From Ascidiella aspersa (Eukaryota): a DNA stretch of 64,000 nucleotides. The translations under genes were made by a program, and so were the position numbers. Of the stretch, positions 62,637 through 64,000 are shown piece by piece (position 1 is the first letter of the stretch; the number at the start of each line of letters is the position of its first letter). Below the pieces are notes generated by a model. The model saw only the letters and a list, made by a program, of their open reading frames with translations, was not told where the DNA came from and did not search any database. The DNA is taken from contig OZ004609.1 of assembly GCA_963924565.1 (NCBI GenBank), positions 16,740,001 to 16,804,000 of the forward strand. Direction: 5' to 3'.

Positions 62637-64000
62637 ATGATGTACACATGTGTACTACACATTTAGTTTTTTATGTTCAACATTTACAAAACAAAACTAG
62701 AAACTGGACAATTTCTTTTTATACAAAGTGCCCAACCTTTCTAAGTTTTATTTGAAAAGATATTTGCAAATATTAGCTTTTTTCAAAAAAAAATTAAACA
62801 TATAAATCGATTTTATAGAAAAATAAGGGACAACAATAAACCAGAGTTTTGGCTTCACAGGTTTGTTAAAAAAATAACACTAATGTTAAAAAATGTGATC
62901 GCTTGGTAATTCAAACTACATTTCCGCGTATTAAGCTTATTATTTTTCAACATTGGTGTAGCACTAGTTCTAAAGACTCTTGTCATTTTTAAACAAAAAT
63001 CACTTATATTTAAGGTATTCAGGCGAATACGTGGATGCCCATAATGATAAAGCGACTACACGTTAGGAATATGCAAATCACGTATATGCACGAGAGTTAA
63101 TAAGGCGCGATATTGAATGCGTGCTAAGCCAAAGATTAACAAGTAAGAAACAGAAAGAATTGTATAGTGTCGATCTCAGTTATCTGTATAATGGGTACGT
63201 GCATATAAGCGCGTGTATGGTGATAACAAGACAAAGACAATTGCTTGCGCCTCAGCGTTCTCCATTTCGGATCAGCTCGTTGTAGCTCTGGAGGCTATTC
63301 ATGTGTCCCGCGCATGACACAACCCGGCATCCGGCGTCGGCGCTTTCGAGCTGTCATCCAACAAAGCCTTTGGACTCTGAAACGCCCGTCGTCGGCGACA
63401 ACGGAAACTTATCGCATGTCATATGCTGCGTCAACAGCTCGAAACATCGCTTGCTTGTGGTGTGGTATGTTTGTGCACTTCGTCGCTGAGCCTTGCATGA
63501 AGAGCGACGGCGCTCGTGGTGCTTTATGTATGACAGGAAACTCCTTTGACGAGAAAGAAAAAACGAACCTTCAGTATAACTCTATCTCGGTTTCGGTGGA
63601 AACAATCAAAATGCGTTCCACTGTACGATGCTATACTAAATTAAACCAAGGAAAAAAACTGCCTAAAGCAGCACAATGTAGTAACGTTAGTATGCGTATG
63701 TTCAAGAATGGTGGGAAAACTTAAACGAAGTGTCTAGCAATAAAAAGCAACCAAAATAATTAAACGCCAGTAACAAATTAAGATTTTAAAGTACAACTCT
63801 AATAAAAATAAATAAATCTTTTTCTGAACAAAGTTGTTTGCTGATGAAAAACAATTCTTTGAATCTAATTAAATACCCGAAAAAACTTGTAGCCATCTTG
63901 GATATTGGCAATGTGTTTCCATCTGAAAAGAAGCACGAGGTGAACAATTTTTTTCAGTTCAAGTCAAATAACTAATGAAAATAAATCCATTTAGCAGAAC

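Noticed and set aside
63245-63724. 159-aa ORF
   Set aside because: Non-ATG start, no recognisable domain or splice context; likely another CpG block.
1-64000. Apparent abundance of ACATGT (Irx word) as autoregulation
   Set aside because: About two dozen were seen by eye, which is roughly what base composition predicts, so there is no evident enrichment.
1-64000. Prokaryotic systems (CRISPR, operons, rRNA/tRNA genes, transposases)
   Set aside because: The sequence is intron-containing animal DNA, and none of these signatures were seen.

Overview
Eukaryotic (animal) genomic DNA, AT-rich with short GT-AG introns. The compact introns, hAT MITE types and two-gene Irx arrangement suggest an invertebrate chordate such as an ascidian; this is inference. 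The window holds the last two coding exons of an SLC28 concentrative nucleoside transporter gene (113-644, +). It also holds a tandem pair of Iroquois (Irx, TALE-class homeobox) genes on the + strand: Irx-1 (CDS 11198-14956, 7 coding exons, about 633 aa) and Irx-2 (CDS 48764-59977, 7 coding exons, about 675 aa). They are separated by a ~34 kb gene desert of alternating AT-rich and CpG-rich enhancer-like blocks. Several Buster-type hAT MITEs with 8-bp TSDs are present. The most unusual item is at 18.2-18.3 kb: one forward and two inverted copies of an Irx-1 intron/exon junction lying 3.6 kb upstream. These create a decoy splice acceptor, a hairpin and a perfect 29-nt antisense to the real acceptor. 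Most ORFs in the supplied track are spurious.
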